NCBI GenBank assembly: GCA_963924565.1
Contig: OZ004610.1
Coordinates: 15,934,001-15,998,000 of the forward strand
Origin: Ascidiella aspersa
Taxonomy: Eukaryota
DNA length: 64,000 nucleotides
Reading direction: 5' to 3'
The notes under the pieces were generated by a model, which was given only the letters and a program-made list of their open reading frames with translations, was not told the origin of the DNA and searched no databases. Shown one piece after another: positions 26,001 to 36,593 of this stretch. How positions within the stretch are numbered: the first letter of the stretch is position 1; every line of letters starts with the position of its first letter. A program made the position numbers and the translations under genes.

Positions 26001-29000
26001 TTTAAGTAAGTACTATGAATGTTGCACAACTGCGATCTACACTTCCCCCACTCCCGCCGCTACCCACATAATAAATATATAAGTTTAAACTAAAATTTCA
26101 TCAATTTTAACAAAAATTGTAGATTTTCACTCTAATGCCCCGGGGATATACGTTAAAAAATCTTAGTAAAAAACAAATGACAGTTTGATTCAGCCAACTC
26201 CTGTTTACAACTTTTATTTAAAATATTTTGAAAGAACCCCTTAGTAAACCAAACGCTCATGTCGGTATTTATGGTACACAAATTCAGTGATTTTTAACCA
26301 TTTAATCCAGTTGACATAAAATTGCTTTTTAAAGCTAAAATCCAACTTTAGAACCGAAGTTTGTTAAGCGTTATTTAGATCAGTAGACGAACAAATATAA
26401 CTTTTTTATATAACTTCTCCCGCAACGGCTCACCGAAATCATTCGCCTAATCAGGAATTCGGTGTAAAATTATAACTGCTCAGCTTATTAACTTTCAGCT
26501 TTTAAAACTCCCCCTGAGTGAAGAACGCTTTCCCAGCCCGTAACATCTCTAATAAGGAAGTAACCGGTGGCCAAGATAAAAAAGTAAAATTTCAATACCG
26601 GGCCCTTACCATAATGGACTTGTCGCGAATATCAAGCATGTAATTTTCAGGCACATCGTTTTGCAGATTGACCCGCATCATCTTCTGGATATCGTCGCTA
26701 TTTAAATCTAACTTTTTGAGTCCGTCAATCAGCCTACCCTCACTGTGTAACACGTCCAGGATCCTAGTGAAGCGAACAAAATAAAAGTTATCGGATGCGC
26801 TCATCAGCACTAGGCAATTTGTTATTAGCTTGGTAAATATTTTATGCGCCGTAATAAACTTGCAACACATTTTGTAACACTATTACTCAAGAAATCAGTT
26901 TACGTCTGGTTTGTTGTATTTCACCAGGGAACCAAAATAAATTCCGCAATTATGCGATTGCAAAACTCAATATAGAACAATGTGTAATTTTATAGTCTAA
27001 CACAGAGGTAGCCAACACGTTGGCCGTGATCGACCGGTCGATCGCCGCATTTTACCTGGTCGATCGCGTCCAATATGTGTTACGACATTACAGTAACTAT
27101 CGCACACAAGCGCAACATTAAAATGACCAATTGTTGTTTGTACAAGCCTAAGAAAGCGTTCTTTGACGTAACAAATTAACCTTCATCGCTGACTTGGAAT
27201 GCAATTAACGCTCAAAATGTTGTATAAGTGTTTTTGTGATTTTTACTGAACCAGTCGATCGCGAGTCCCTAAAAATATTTCAGTCGATCGCAATCAAACA
27301 TAAGTTGGCTACACCTGGTCTCACAAAAGAATAACGAGTCCCGTTTGACTTGTCCAATTACCTACTTTTGTGTTGGTATGCAAACAAATACAAACCTAAA
27401 TTTGAAACTACAGCCCAAATCGAAACAAAAAAATAACTCGGACAGCGTCTTTCACTACGTTACAATGACTAAGTAGGAATTTCCACAAAATGTTTGCTTA
27501 TTTTGCGAATCTGTCGTAGTTAGTGGAAACATTAGTTTGACTACCAAGTATACAATTCACCGCTTTAAGTACCCTTAAACCAGCTACAATCATTTTTCAT
27601 GGCACCTTTTCAACTTCTACCACTCACGAAAACAAGTTAAGGAAGTCGAGATTGACCGGGAGACGGTTTATGGAAAGGTAAGCGCTGCCGGGCCAAAGGC
27701 CATAGCGCATCTTCCACCGCTAGAGGTACATAAAAACATTACGATTTACACGCGTGCATAAAAATATGTATAACTATTATCTGCACCCATTTCATTGGCG
27801 GTCAAACGTATTTTACAACCGTCAGTAGTGATCCAGCTGTAATCAAATTATTTTTTTACAGAAAGGGTGCAGATAACAAGCTTGCTTACTTAAACATGTC
27901 AGAATCGGCAACATCAATTTGTAATCCGTTGAGCAGGAATAGTGAGTCACCAGCATCCAGTTCAAACCCCTGTAACCTCTGTAATGCCATATGTGTACTT
28001 ATGAGCACATTTTCTTGGTTTTTGAGACTTACAACTTTACAACAAAAAGACAGTTGCCAATTGCTGCAATGTTGCAGAATTGTGTTGTGTAAATTTTATA
28101 TTTGCAAGAGCATTTTTTTCAAAATTAACATGGAAAAGTTAGTAAACAAACAGTTAGAGTAGAAACCTGTTGGTTAATCTTAATTTCTCCCCGGATGTCA
28201 TCAGAGACTTGCTGCTTGACAAGGGACCTGAACAACATATTACAACATGTCAAATTGTAAATTATGTTATAAACCCTTTTTTAGGCATTTACTATATATA
28301 CACTATAAATTACCTGACTTTGATTGGAAAATTTAGACTGATATCTTTCAGCACTTTCATTTGCTCCTCAGGTGGAGATGAAAGAACTCTTGCAGCTGCC
28401 TAAACAACAAAATCGTGAAGCCAAAAATCATTACAGCTTTGCTCGGTTGCAATCGTATGGAACATTTTTTTTTGATAGAAATACAAAATAAGGCCAACAG
28501 AGAAAGGTTTATTACAGTGCCAAATGTACTAAAGAGTTACACATTTCTCAAATAATATATGCAAACACCACTTAAATCAATGGGATACCTTGAATAAACT
28601 TCAATGTGTCACTTTGCACATTGTTAAAGCATGTTGTTGACCTTATGATATGTAATTAACATAAGTGTGTAAGCAAAATCCTTGACGCAAAAAGAAAACC
28701 AACAGATTTAACAAAGTTTTAAAAAAACACAAAATATTTTTCCAAATTAAGGTTTTTTGAAAAACAAAGTTTTAGATGGGATAGGTGTTTGTAAACATAT
28801 AAAAGTTAAAATATGAAGCACTTTAACCTGAAAACTAAGATCCTGAAGTTGCCAAACTTTCATCGGAGCCATTTCATTGGTTGATTCGGTAAGGTGATTG
28901 CGGAATTTAGTCAACTGTTCCGAAAGATTAGGATGAAGTTTGCGTAACTTGGGAAAATCGAAACCTTCAATTTCAATGTCATCTTCATTCTCACTGGTGG

Positions 29001-31309
29001 AATGTTCCGAGTCATCTGCCATTTAGTCTTGTTTTAATAACAGTATTTAAAAAAATTATAAAAAAATTTATATGTCAAACCTTTCACTTTACTATCATCC
29101 AGAGCTTTGTACTCTGTACTTTTTAGAGCAAGTTCAACACCATAACCTTTGATTAAAGTAGAAAACACAATAAAAACATGTTCAATATCGTTACATTATT
29201 TGATGTTAAATGAACTATAACAGTGTGTTGTAATTAGGAATAATTAATGTTGATATATATAACTTTATAATATCATCATGTTTATTCATTAGTTGTAATG
29301 AAAAGTATTGGACAAAAAAAACATTGAAATAAAAATGGTGATTTTTCCTATTCTTAACATACTAAAAACACAATAAAAAGGAAACATGGTCTACACTGGT
29401 ATATTATGTGATGTTAACTCAACTATAACAGTGTTGCAATAAAGATTTATTAATATTAATAAAACTTTATAGCATCCTGATTTATCATGTTTAATCATTG
29501 ATTGTAAAAAGTAATTGACAAAGTCAGACATTGAAAAAAAATATAGAAGGTGTACATTTTCTTATTGTTTGACAAAAACATAGTCTGTATAGGTACATTA
29601 TTTGATGTTAAATCAACTATAACAGTGTGTTGCAATTAAGAACAATTGATGTGGAAATAACTTTATAATATCATCATGTTTAAGCAATAATTGTAATGAA
29701 AAGTAATTGACAAAAACAGACATTGCAAAACATATATAAGGTGTGCTTTTATATTTTTAACAATAACAAAATGTTTTTCTTGCCTGAGAGTCTAGCTTTC
29801 CGTTTGGGTCTTGCACGGATAAAATGCCTAAATACATATTTTGCAATTCCTTCATTTGCAAGACGTTTCATAAACTCATGAGCATCTTTAAATTGTGGAT
29901 CCTCAATGTTACCATACAATACCACAGAACGATTCAGTGACTGTGAAACTACAACAATTTTGAAAAGTTTACTTCCAGTTATTGAAGTCATTTAAACACC
30001 TGTGTCACCATATATATATCAGAGGTTCTTAAACTTGTGTGTCATAAAGCCCTGGTGCATATTTTTTTTCTAAGGCCATCCAACAAGTGATTCATTTTTG
30101 TATCTAAACCTAATGGTGGTACTTAAATGCTCAAATTATTATTATCCCATGACATATTAATTCAAATTTAATGTTGCGAAAAAAAAATACAGCAATTATT
30201 CATGATTTTTATGAAACCCAAAAAAAATGATTTGGTATAAACATTTCAGTAATTTAATGAAAATGTTATCATTTGGTGTTGCAAGTCAAACAAACATTTC
30301 AATAAGGGTTGGAACTGGCAAGAAATGTTTGAGAACCACTTCCATAATTCAAAAAAAATGTTTATATAATTTTAGTCAATTCTACTCATACAAAAAATAA
30401 AATTTGTAAAAGTGTGGTACCAGGATAAACATGGTCTTGTTTGAAAACAGCTGGTGCATTGTTATTTTCCTTCAACGATTTCACTATCTGGTGAACCTGT
30501 TTAAAGTCACAAACCACTTTTCCATGTACATCAAAAAATAGGTCACATCCAGTGGGGTCCACTGATTTTGCTACCTAACAAAATATATTATGTCTCAAGC
30601 AACAACTTTGGTTAACTGAATGACATTTATCTTGTGTACATACAGCCTTAGTAACTAAGGACATTGCAGAAACAGTTTGATGCTTTACTTTATAAATCTA
30701 AATATACAATATTTTTAAATTATAAGTAGTTTTTTTTAAGTTGTTCTTTTTTAAAACATACTTGGTTAAACATCTCAATTCTTGGTGAGTAAGCTCTTAG
30801 GGAAAGAGACAATTTAAGAAGTTTTATTTTAAGTGAGTCATCTCCATCATTTAAGACCATTTTAGCAGCCTTTAGCGAGGCCTCATACATTGTCCGTGCA
30901 GATTGTACAGAGTTAACAAGTCCAAAGTTAACCACAGTATCAACATAGCTCCAAAACAAGCCCGCATTTTCGTCTGCTAAAAATTCACTAAAAAAATCAA
31001 AATTCAAGGTTTTGTAACACTACAAATTTAATATTTCATATAAATAACTTTACTTCACATAAGAATTATGCACTACATAACAATTCAGCATGTTAGGAAC
31101 TTTAATAGGACTTAAACATATTCCATAAATAGTATAGCTGCACTTCAACATTTTTTAAATGTTGTCACTTACCTAGCTTCCAAAATAACTGGTGTGTTTG
31201 GCCACTTGCTCTGTAATCCAGCAATCACTGGTTTTGATATAGCAGAAACCTTGCTATCCAGAACAAGCACAGTGAGACATACCAAAAGTGTCTGCCATGA
31301 CTTGCCCAT
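2027..31309 (-). CDS. UGGT: UDP-glucose:glycoprotein glucosyltransferase (ER folding sensor, GT24), 34 coding exons, 1555 aa
   Basis: Phase-consistent exons: 31173-31309, 30762-30987, 30421-30574, 29784-29948, 29081-29146, 28828-29015, 28314-28399, 28167-28227, 27890-27978 (alt 27628-27719), 26610-26763, 25166-25376, 24646-24779, 24226-24332, 23757-23889, 22784-22970, 22378-22462, 19449-19563, 19023-19166, 17468-17671, 16627-16765, 15465-15667, 15111-15230, 13300-13525, 11216-11384, 10786-10870, 10578-10690, 9907-10120, 9271-9380, 9087-9180, 8578-8717, 8221-8362, 2701-2790, 2247-2382, 2027-2067 (sum 4668 nt). Signal peptide [23 protein letters not shown]. Motifs [74 protein letters not shown] (DxD), [17 protein letters not shown] and C-terminal HEDL*. 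Confidence 0.97.
3179..6141 (+). mobile_element. Decayed hAT DNA transposon (ZMYM1-like / hAT transposase pseudogene) in a UGGT intron
   Basis: TIRs cagggccggatta (3179) and taatccggccc (6129-6139). Transposase remnants [36 protein letters not shown] and KSLSQTRWS, with frameshifts and stops. No clean TSD. Confidence 0.85.
6320..7140 (-). pseudogene. Degenerate Buster/Charlie-type hAT transposase fragment (internally deleted)
   Basis: Minus-strand remnants [33 protein letters not shown] and [27 protein letters not shown] (dimerisation-domain TTYLCE.GFS motif). Confidence 0.7.
7553..8052. mobile_element. hAT MITE (inserted into an older MITE starting at about 7382)
   Basis: TIR cagtggtcggcaaact / agtttgccgaccactg, TSD ctctacag / ccctacag. 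Confidence 0.85.
12535..13181. mobile_element. hAT MITE
   Basis: caggggt...gacccctg ends (left TIR partly deleted), perfect TSD gcctaact. Confidence 0.8.
13746..14836. mobile_element. Nested hAT MITEs (outer 13746-14836, inner 14030-14721)
   Basis: Outer TIR cagggtttcccaaact / agtttgggaaaccctg, TSD ctttatac / ctttataa. Inner ends caggggtc / ggcccctg, perfect TSD ctgtacaa. The inner element has a second copy at 56853-57421. Confidence 0.88.
15711..15879 (+). mobile_element. Short PLE pLTR-derived insertion carrying the hammerhead
   Basis: Flanked by the direct repeat ttagatac (15703-15710 and 15880-15887). Shares the hammerhead architecture and downstream motif with the PLE at 1-480. Confidence 0.6.
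15794..15835 (+). ncRNA. Second minimal hammerhead ribozyme motif, in a solo PLE pLTR fragment in a UGGT intron
   Basis: acc-CTGACGA-agacggctt[gcat]aggttgcc-GAAA-cg-TT-ggt, followed by accagaggagc (compare accagaagagc after the motif at 391-432). Confidence 0.7.
16935..17367. mobile_element. Foldback-like hAT MITE with about 145-bp terminal inverted repeats
   Basis: 16935-17078 is a near-perfect reverse complement of 17225-17367 (tagggttgttcaaaaaa...tttgaacaacccta). TSD atgtatat / atctatat. Confidence 0.9.
19998..22068 (+). mobile_element. Buster/SPIN/GTF2IRD2-like hAT transposon with frameshifted transposase
   Basis: Perfect 15-bp TIRs cagggatggcgaacc / ggttcgccatccctg, TSD gtctagat / gtctagac. 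ORF pieces with [34 protein letters not shown] and QQQVSH*. Confidence 0.93.
22088..22345. mobile_element. hAT MITE with subterminal gggtgaa repeats
   Basis: cagtgtttctta / taaaaagcactg ends, TSD gtctaatc / gtctagtc, multiple gggtgaa motifs. Confidence 0.75.
27003..27317. mobile_element. hAT MITE with gtcgatcg subterminal motifs
   Basis: cagaggtagccaac / gttggctacacctg, TSD gtctaaca / gtctcaca. Confidence 0.8.
27628..27719 (-). CDS. UGGT: Alternative (putative mutually exclusive) UGGT exon 9b
   Basis: ctctag|CGG...TTT TC|gtgagt, 92 nt, open frame [30 protein letters not shown](S). Same start phase (0) and end phase (2) as exon 27890-27978 ([29 protein letters not shown](K)) and alignable to it. 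Confidence 0.8.
29162..29748. repeat. Degenerate tandem repeat, about 3 units of about 200 bp, filling UGGT intron 4
   Basis: The block gatgttaa(a/c)t(g/c)aactataacagtg...aactttata...atcatgttta...ttgtaa...aaagta...gaca...acattg recurs three times. Confidence 0.8.
30020..30341. mobile_element. Degenerate hAT MITE
   Basis: cagaggttcttaaac / gtttgagaaccact ends; TSD unclear. Confidence 0.55.
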
Positions 31310-31625
31310 TTGGAACAAAATATATTCGCTATGTCTCCTGGTAATGCAAAAGTTTGTATACTACAGTACAGTGGCAATTACTGGGTTGCAAAACATAAAG
31401 TACAGTGCAGTGGTAACATTAGTTTAAATAGATGGTAAAACTGATAAATTTTAGTTACCAACAATTTGTTTTTAATTTTACAACCCAATGAACACAAACA
31501 TGTAAACAATTGTGATCTAGCCAATCTTACCACTTTACATGTAGTACACAGTGTTGTTCGTATAAACAGAATGAAGCAATGGTAACATGGTTGTTTTCTA
31601 ATTCACCAAACTGCTATGCTTAGTC

Positions 31626-32355
31626 CAGTGGTTCCCTAACTGGGGTCATGGCCCGAAAAAAAATTCTGCTTGTTTTGTTTTACTAAAATAATTAATTGTT
31701 AACATATCTTACGTTTCTTGTTATAGCGAAAAATTTATAGTATATGACTATGACTTCTTATTCAGTAGCTGCATTTTTTGTTTATCCTGCTAGTAGACAT
31801 ATTCCATTCAAAACCGGAAAGAGGAATAAGTGATATTGTGTGTTGTTGTTCAATGTGTTTATAGAAAAATTGTCCAACTATATGGGCGAAAGCAATTTTG
31901 AGATTTTCATTTCAGTTGCTAAACCAGGGGTTCTTAAACTTTTTTTACCGCAGACCCCTAAAATTTTTTTTGGTCTTGCGTGGACCAGGGTAGGGAAAAA
32001 ACTTCAAAAATGATGTCATAAATTGACGTCACAATACAAATAAACTTCAAAAACTGTGCTGATTTCGGTCCAAAAATGTGAAAGTGAAATGGAGTCTAAA
32101 TACATTCAGTGCAAATCCGTTTTATTTTTAATTTAACTGTTTTATTGGAAAAATACACTGATATTTCAATTCGGCCTTTATGAACCCACTAAAACTAGTT
32201 CACAGGGTCCATGGACCCCAGTTTAAGAACCCCTATACTAGACTAATATATGTGATTTGGACGATTGGGTCAACGGCTGCCAAAAGTTAATGGCACACAA
32301 TGAGCCACAAACTATTTTTCAACAAAAGTTTGACCACAAAGTTAGGGAACCACTA
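31626..32355. mobile_element. Nested hAT MITEs (outer 31626-32355, inner 31925-32235)
   Basis: Outer cagtggttccctaact / agttagggaaccacta, TSD gcttagtc / ggttagtc. Inner caggggttcttaaact / agtttaagaacccct, homologous to 59788-60103. Confidence 0.83.
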
Positions 32356-33279
32356 GGTTAGTCTGTACAAGACTTATAGTGTTTATTCTACTAGTTGTCT
32401 TCTGTTTTTTTTTTGCTGCTAAACAAAAAACACCTCTCAATTTTTGATTGGTAGCTTTAGTTCATAAATGTATTAAAAGAAAATATTCCTTTTATAAATG
32501 TAGGAAAGGAAAGTGAATTAAAATTAGATAAATTTAACAAAAAGGTATTAAGTGTATTTTTTTAATTAGACTCCATATGTTTGAAAAAATATTTCCTTTA
32601 CAGCCCTTTTGTCCGCAGCGGTAAAGTTTTTCACCGCTCTTAGTCCACATATTTATTATGTTTTAGTAGGGTAAATAAAGCTTTAGGAACATTTATCGTA
32701 CAAAAGACTTTCGTCAATTTTGCTGCGATAAACCACAAATATGAATGCAATATAAGGGGTTCAAAACGAGCCAAACACTATACAGTATACAGATTACAGA
32801 ATCCAAATCGCTTTTTTGATGACTAATGGTTACATTTGCATGTGGCTTAAAAAGTGATAACTACTTCTTGTTTAAAAAACATGACACATCATTATTTTTA
32901 TTTCATTTTCAGAAGCATTTAACAAAGTACCAGTTACTACTTTAACTCTGAGAAAACATCCTAATAATATTGGAAAACAGTGCAATGCATTTCTAATACG
33001 TCTAATGATCCATGTTCGCCCTGCAGTAAGATGAATAGTTATTATTTATATCGGACAGAAGGCAATAAAATAATACATGATCGATAGCAGGATGTTCCGG
33101 GTCTATACGTGCCAAACGATTTTGCAAAAGAGTTCTGCTTACACCTAGTCCTAGCCTCCTTCCAAATGCCACAAAATTTGCGCACCAAAAAAGTGTCTTG
33201 AAAATTTTTTGTTTGATTGCAATTTGAATGGAGCAAGTGACAGGCGTTTAAAAATTACCGCGATAGCTTATGAATATTA

Positions 33280-34250
33280 GTATCGGTTATCGGTGATAAA
33301 AACGCATGGCCTCAACTATCAACGAGTCATGTGTGGTGTTGGAAAGGTGTGATCAAGCGCTACACGATTTTTTTGGTTTCTTGGTGCGTAGATAATATTT
33401 TTTTTGAAAATTATTGCAAATATTAATATTGATTATTCTTTTTTCTGATTTTGTAAATATATACCATTCTTATCGTTGTTGTAAAAAATTTTTCCAAAAA
33501 ATTTAAGAAAAATATGTATATTTTACCGTTAAAATTTATTCGGGAATTTTGTGTGTTCTTTTAAAGCTTACTTTTAGAACAATCGACACTGCTACTGATG
33601 GTAATTAACCTACTTGAGTTTTTAGATGTTTCTCAATGTTTCCAAAACGTTTCACCGTGTGGTTTGATTACAAAAGACTACATCACACCAACAGCTTAAT
33701 TGTGATCGCTGTTGTATCAACGGCATGCCACTTCATCACTCTTTTTTGAGTACCGGTATAGTTTATAGGGAGCTTACCCGCCTAGGGAGACTGGACGAAC
33801 TTAAAGATGATTTTCAAAAAAGATCCCATTTTCCTAAGGGGGTGATTCGCAAGATTATACGTTTGGCAACGCTCTGGGAGGAACGTGTTGGACCGTCGAA
33901 AAAAATTAAAACTTCAAAGAAAATTCCTTGGGCAACTGCATTTCCCAATCTCCTACAACTATCAAAGAAAAAAACGATCTTACCAACAGAGTGGTATGGT
34001 ATAACATAAAAAAGGCCTCAAACTCTCACAGACAAGTTTACAAATCCCGCATATGCTAGCGCAAGCGTCGAGATTATTACCTACTCTTTCATTTAGGCGG
34101 TAAATTAAAATTTAAAGCAGATTTTTATAAAATGGTTTATTCCAATTTTACATTAACCGCAAGCGTTGCTTTTTAAGTACCTTCAATTGGATAGGATTAA
34201 TATATACGGAGGCCACTTATCAAGGGGGGTCTTAATTGTGGAACTTTCTC
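33280..34250 (+). pseudogene. Degenerate Penelope-like reverse transcriptase fragment
   Basis: Fragments across frames in the expected order: VIGDKNA, (Y)VDNIF, LEFLDV, GLITKDYITPTA, GIVYRELTRLGRLDE, KIPWATAFPNLLQL. Many stops and frameshifts; boundaries approximate. Confidence 0.5.
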
Positions 34251-34651
34251 GCAAAACTAACGTGCGTTGTAACCTTCCAATTTCAGTTGCATTACCTATG
34301 AACCTTCATGCTAATATGAAAATGTTTTCTTCATTAATTTTTAAAGAATATTCCTCCTTGTCTTAACATTCTCTTCATCCAAAGTGCCGATAGCCAGTGC
34401 CACATTTAGCATAATGAATTGACCTTAACTCGTCCAAACTGATATAAAAACGATCCACTGAATCATGATAGTTAAACATAATATTTGAGAATTTTTAGAG
34501 TTGAGGTAAAAAATTTAGGTCGTAACTTGACGTCCAATTTAACTTTGAAACTTGCTGTTCTTGGTGCAAAAAAACACCTTAAGCGTTTATACTTGTTAAA
34601 CTTTCAAATTGGGGATCTTGTTAAACTTTTCAAGTTGGGGATCATCTAAGT

Positions 34652-35192
34652 CAGGGGTGACGAACACGTGGCCCGCGGGCCTCTTTGCGATGCGATATCA
34701 TAAGCTGATAGCCGAATTAAATAACGCGTATATCAGCGGTTCTAAACCCGGGGCGCGCCCCCCTGGACAAGCAATTCTGGGGGGCGCGAGCTTTACTTAA
34801 TTATTTAATTTTCTTCAGTGATTTTAATGATTTCGTTTAGGTTAGGCTTAACTATTTTTCATAACGCTTAACTATTTTCATATTGTCTCACTGATATTAA
34901 TCATAAAATGCCGAATTGCTTTTCGTATGGGGCATAGATAAATTACAAAAGGGGGCGCGGCTAAAAAAAGGTTAAGAACCACTGGCGTATATCATACAGG
35001 AATCGTAGAAACTGTTCTGTAAATCCATACAGTAACCATCAATTCAGAATTCAACTGTTTATTCATTGTTTTTAAATAAAATATACTAATAATAATTAAA
35101 TTTAACACCATGAGCCTGAAAGCGGTGTGGCCCGCTTACTCAGCGGTAACTGACAAAGTGGCCCGCGACAGCAAATAGGTTCGTCACCCCTG
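34652..35192. mobile_element. Nested hAT MITEs (outer 34652-35192, inner 34734-34984)
   Basis: Outer caggggtgacgaac / gttcgtcacccctg with perfect TSD atctaagt. Inner cagcggttct / agaaccactg with perfect TSD gcgtatat. Confidence 0.9.
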
Positions 35193-35567
35193 ATCTAAGT
35201 GTTAAATACAATACAACCGCCATATTAGATTCTCGCGAAGCGACCAAAACTTTTTTTAATATTACTGGTAAGATTAAACAACAAAATAGAAAGACTAGCG
35301 AAAATCGAAATATCACCATCAAGAAGCGACAGGTTGGGTTAAAAGGCAAGCCCAATTATTTTTGTATAAGTTACCAGTTTTTCTAGAGTTTAAAGCACAC
35401 ATATCGATTTCAAAGAAACAAGCATAGAAAGCGTCGGTAATGCTGTTGCACTTAGAGCGATATGACTAGGCTCACCATGACGTCCCGGTTTTTAGGCTTT
35501 TTTCCGGTGTTTTAATTACCAAAATGTTAAGTTACCTGAGTGTTCAAGTTATATAAAAAACACTTAC

Positions 35568-35650
35568 CTGAGGGTAGTCTTCACTGATCACTAGTATACA
35601 GATTGTATCCCGCCATTTTTTCTCTGGTAACATTGTTTTTTTGGTGGCGG
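35568..35650 (-). promoter_or_regulatory. Candidate non-coding first exon / promoter of UGGT
   Basis: Strong donor CAG|gtaagt at 35567, YY1-like AAAATGGCGG motif near 35610-35619, and an acceptor ttaccag 28 nt upstream of the UGGT ATG (31338). The joining is not demonstrated. Confidence 0.3.
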
Positions 35651-36422
35651 CAAAACTAAAAATTACACTGGCATTTGTATTGACACTGTTACAAAATGTT
35701 TATGCTCCCCTCCAAAATCAAGATCATCGTCCTGCACCTGACCAGTTTTATAATTTTTAATGACAATATATTACATCACCTACTTGTGGCCAATTCGATT
35801 AACCATAGTTAATTTATAACTAATTTGGTCCTATCGTGGGAGGCTTATAAAGTTCACACGTACTTCCAAACTCTGCTTGGTTAAGATTTTATTTATTTTG
35901 TATAAACACACTTTTTCCTCAAAAGTTACGTTTATTATGTGAGTGTGAAGAGATTTCACCTAACTGACATTTTTGTTTTTGAAAATTTTTGTCTTATATA
36001 TAAAATCCATTACAGGTCTCTATGGCTAGTATGAAATTTTATCTTATTGACAAGTCTGAATGGTAGTTGTATTTAAATTAAAGTACGGTAGTTAAAATAT
36101 TTGAGTGTATTGTATCATTAACTAACCGAATTTATGTTTGCGGTTATGTTTAGGCCCTAAAGACTTTTTTGTTACAGCATTTTCTTTAATATGAGATCAA
36201 CCTCGAGTGTTTATAACCATTTTGAATTTTGACGCCTATAAGCAGTATAGATGACGTCATTATAACGTCTTAGACACGACAATTTAGCTGGGTCTATTTT
36301 GAAACTTAATTCCTGGCACGTTTCCTGTGATAGATCAACAAAAAAAACTTTCCGTTGTTAGAACTTTGAGGTTTAGGCTTTTTTCACTTATAGATTTACT
36401 GGTCTAATAGTAATATTTAACG

Positions 36423-36428
36423 TTTATT
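36423..36428 (-). terminator. Candidate polyadenylation signal of the neprilysin-like gene
   Basis: AATAAA on the minus strand about 165 nt after the TAA. Confidence 0.5.
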
Positions 36429-36593
36429 GACGAAATCATCTGTTAAATATATTTACAGAAATTTTGATTACAATGCAAACATAGAATGCATGAAAAATAT
36501 TAGGCACTTGAGAATAAACATATCGCACACGAATTATAATTGAACTCATCATTTGTTTCATTCGCCAAGATCTGGCGTAACCCTGCTTTTGTT

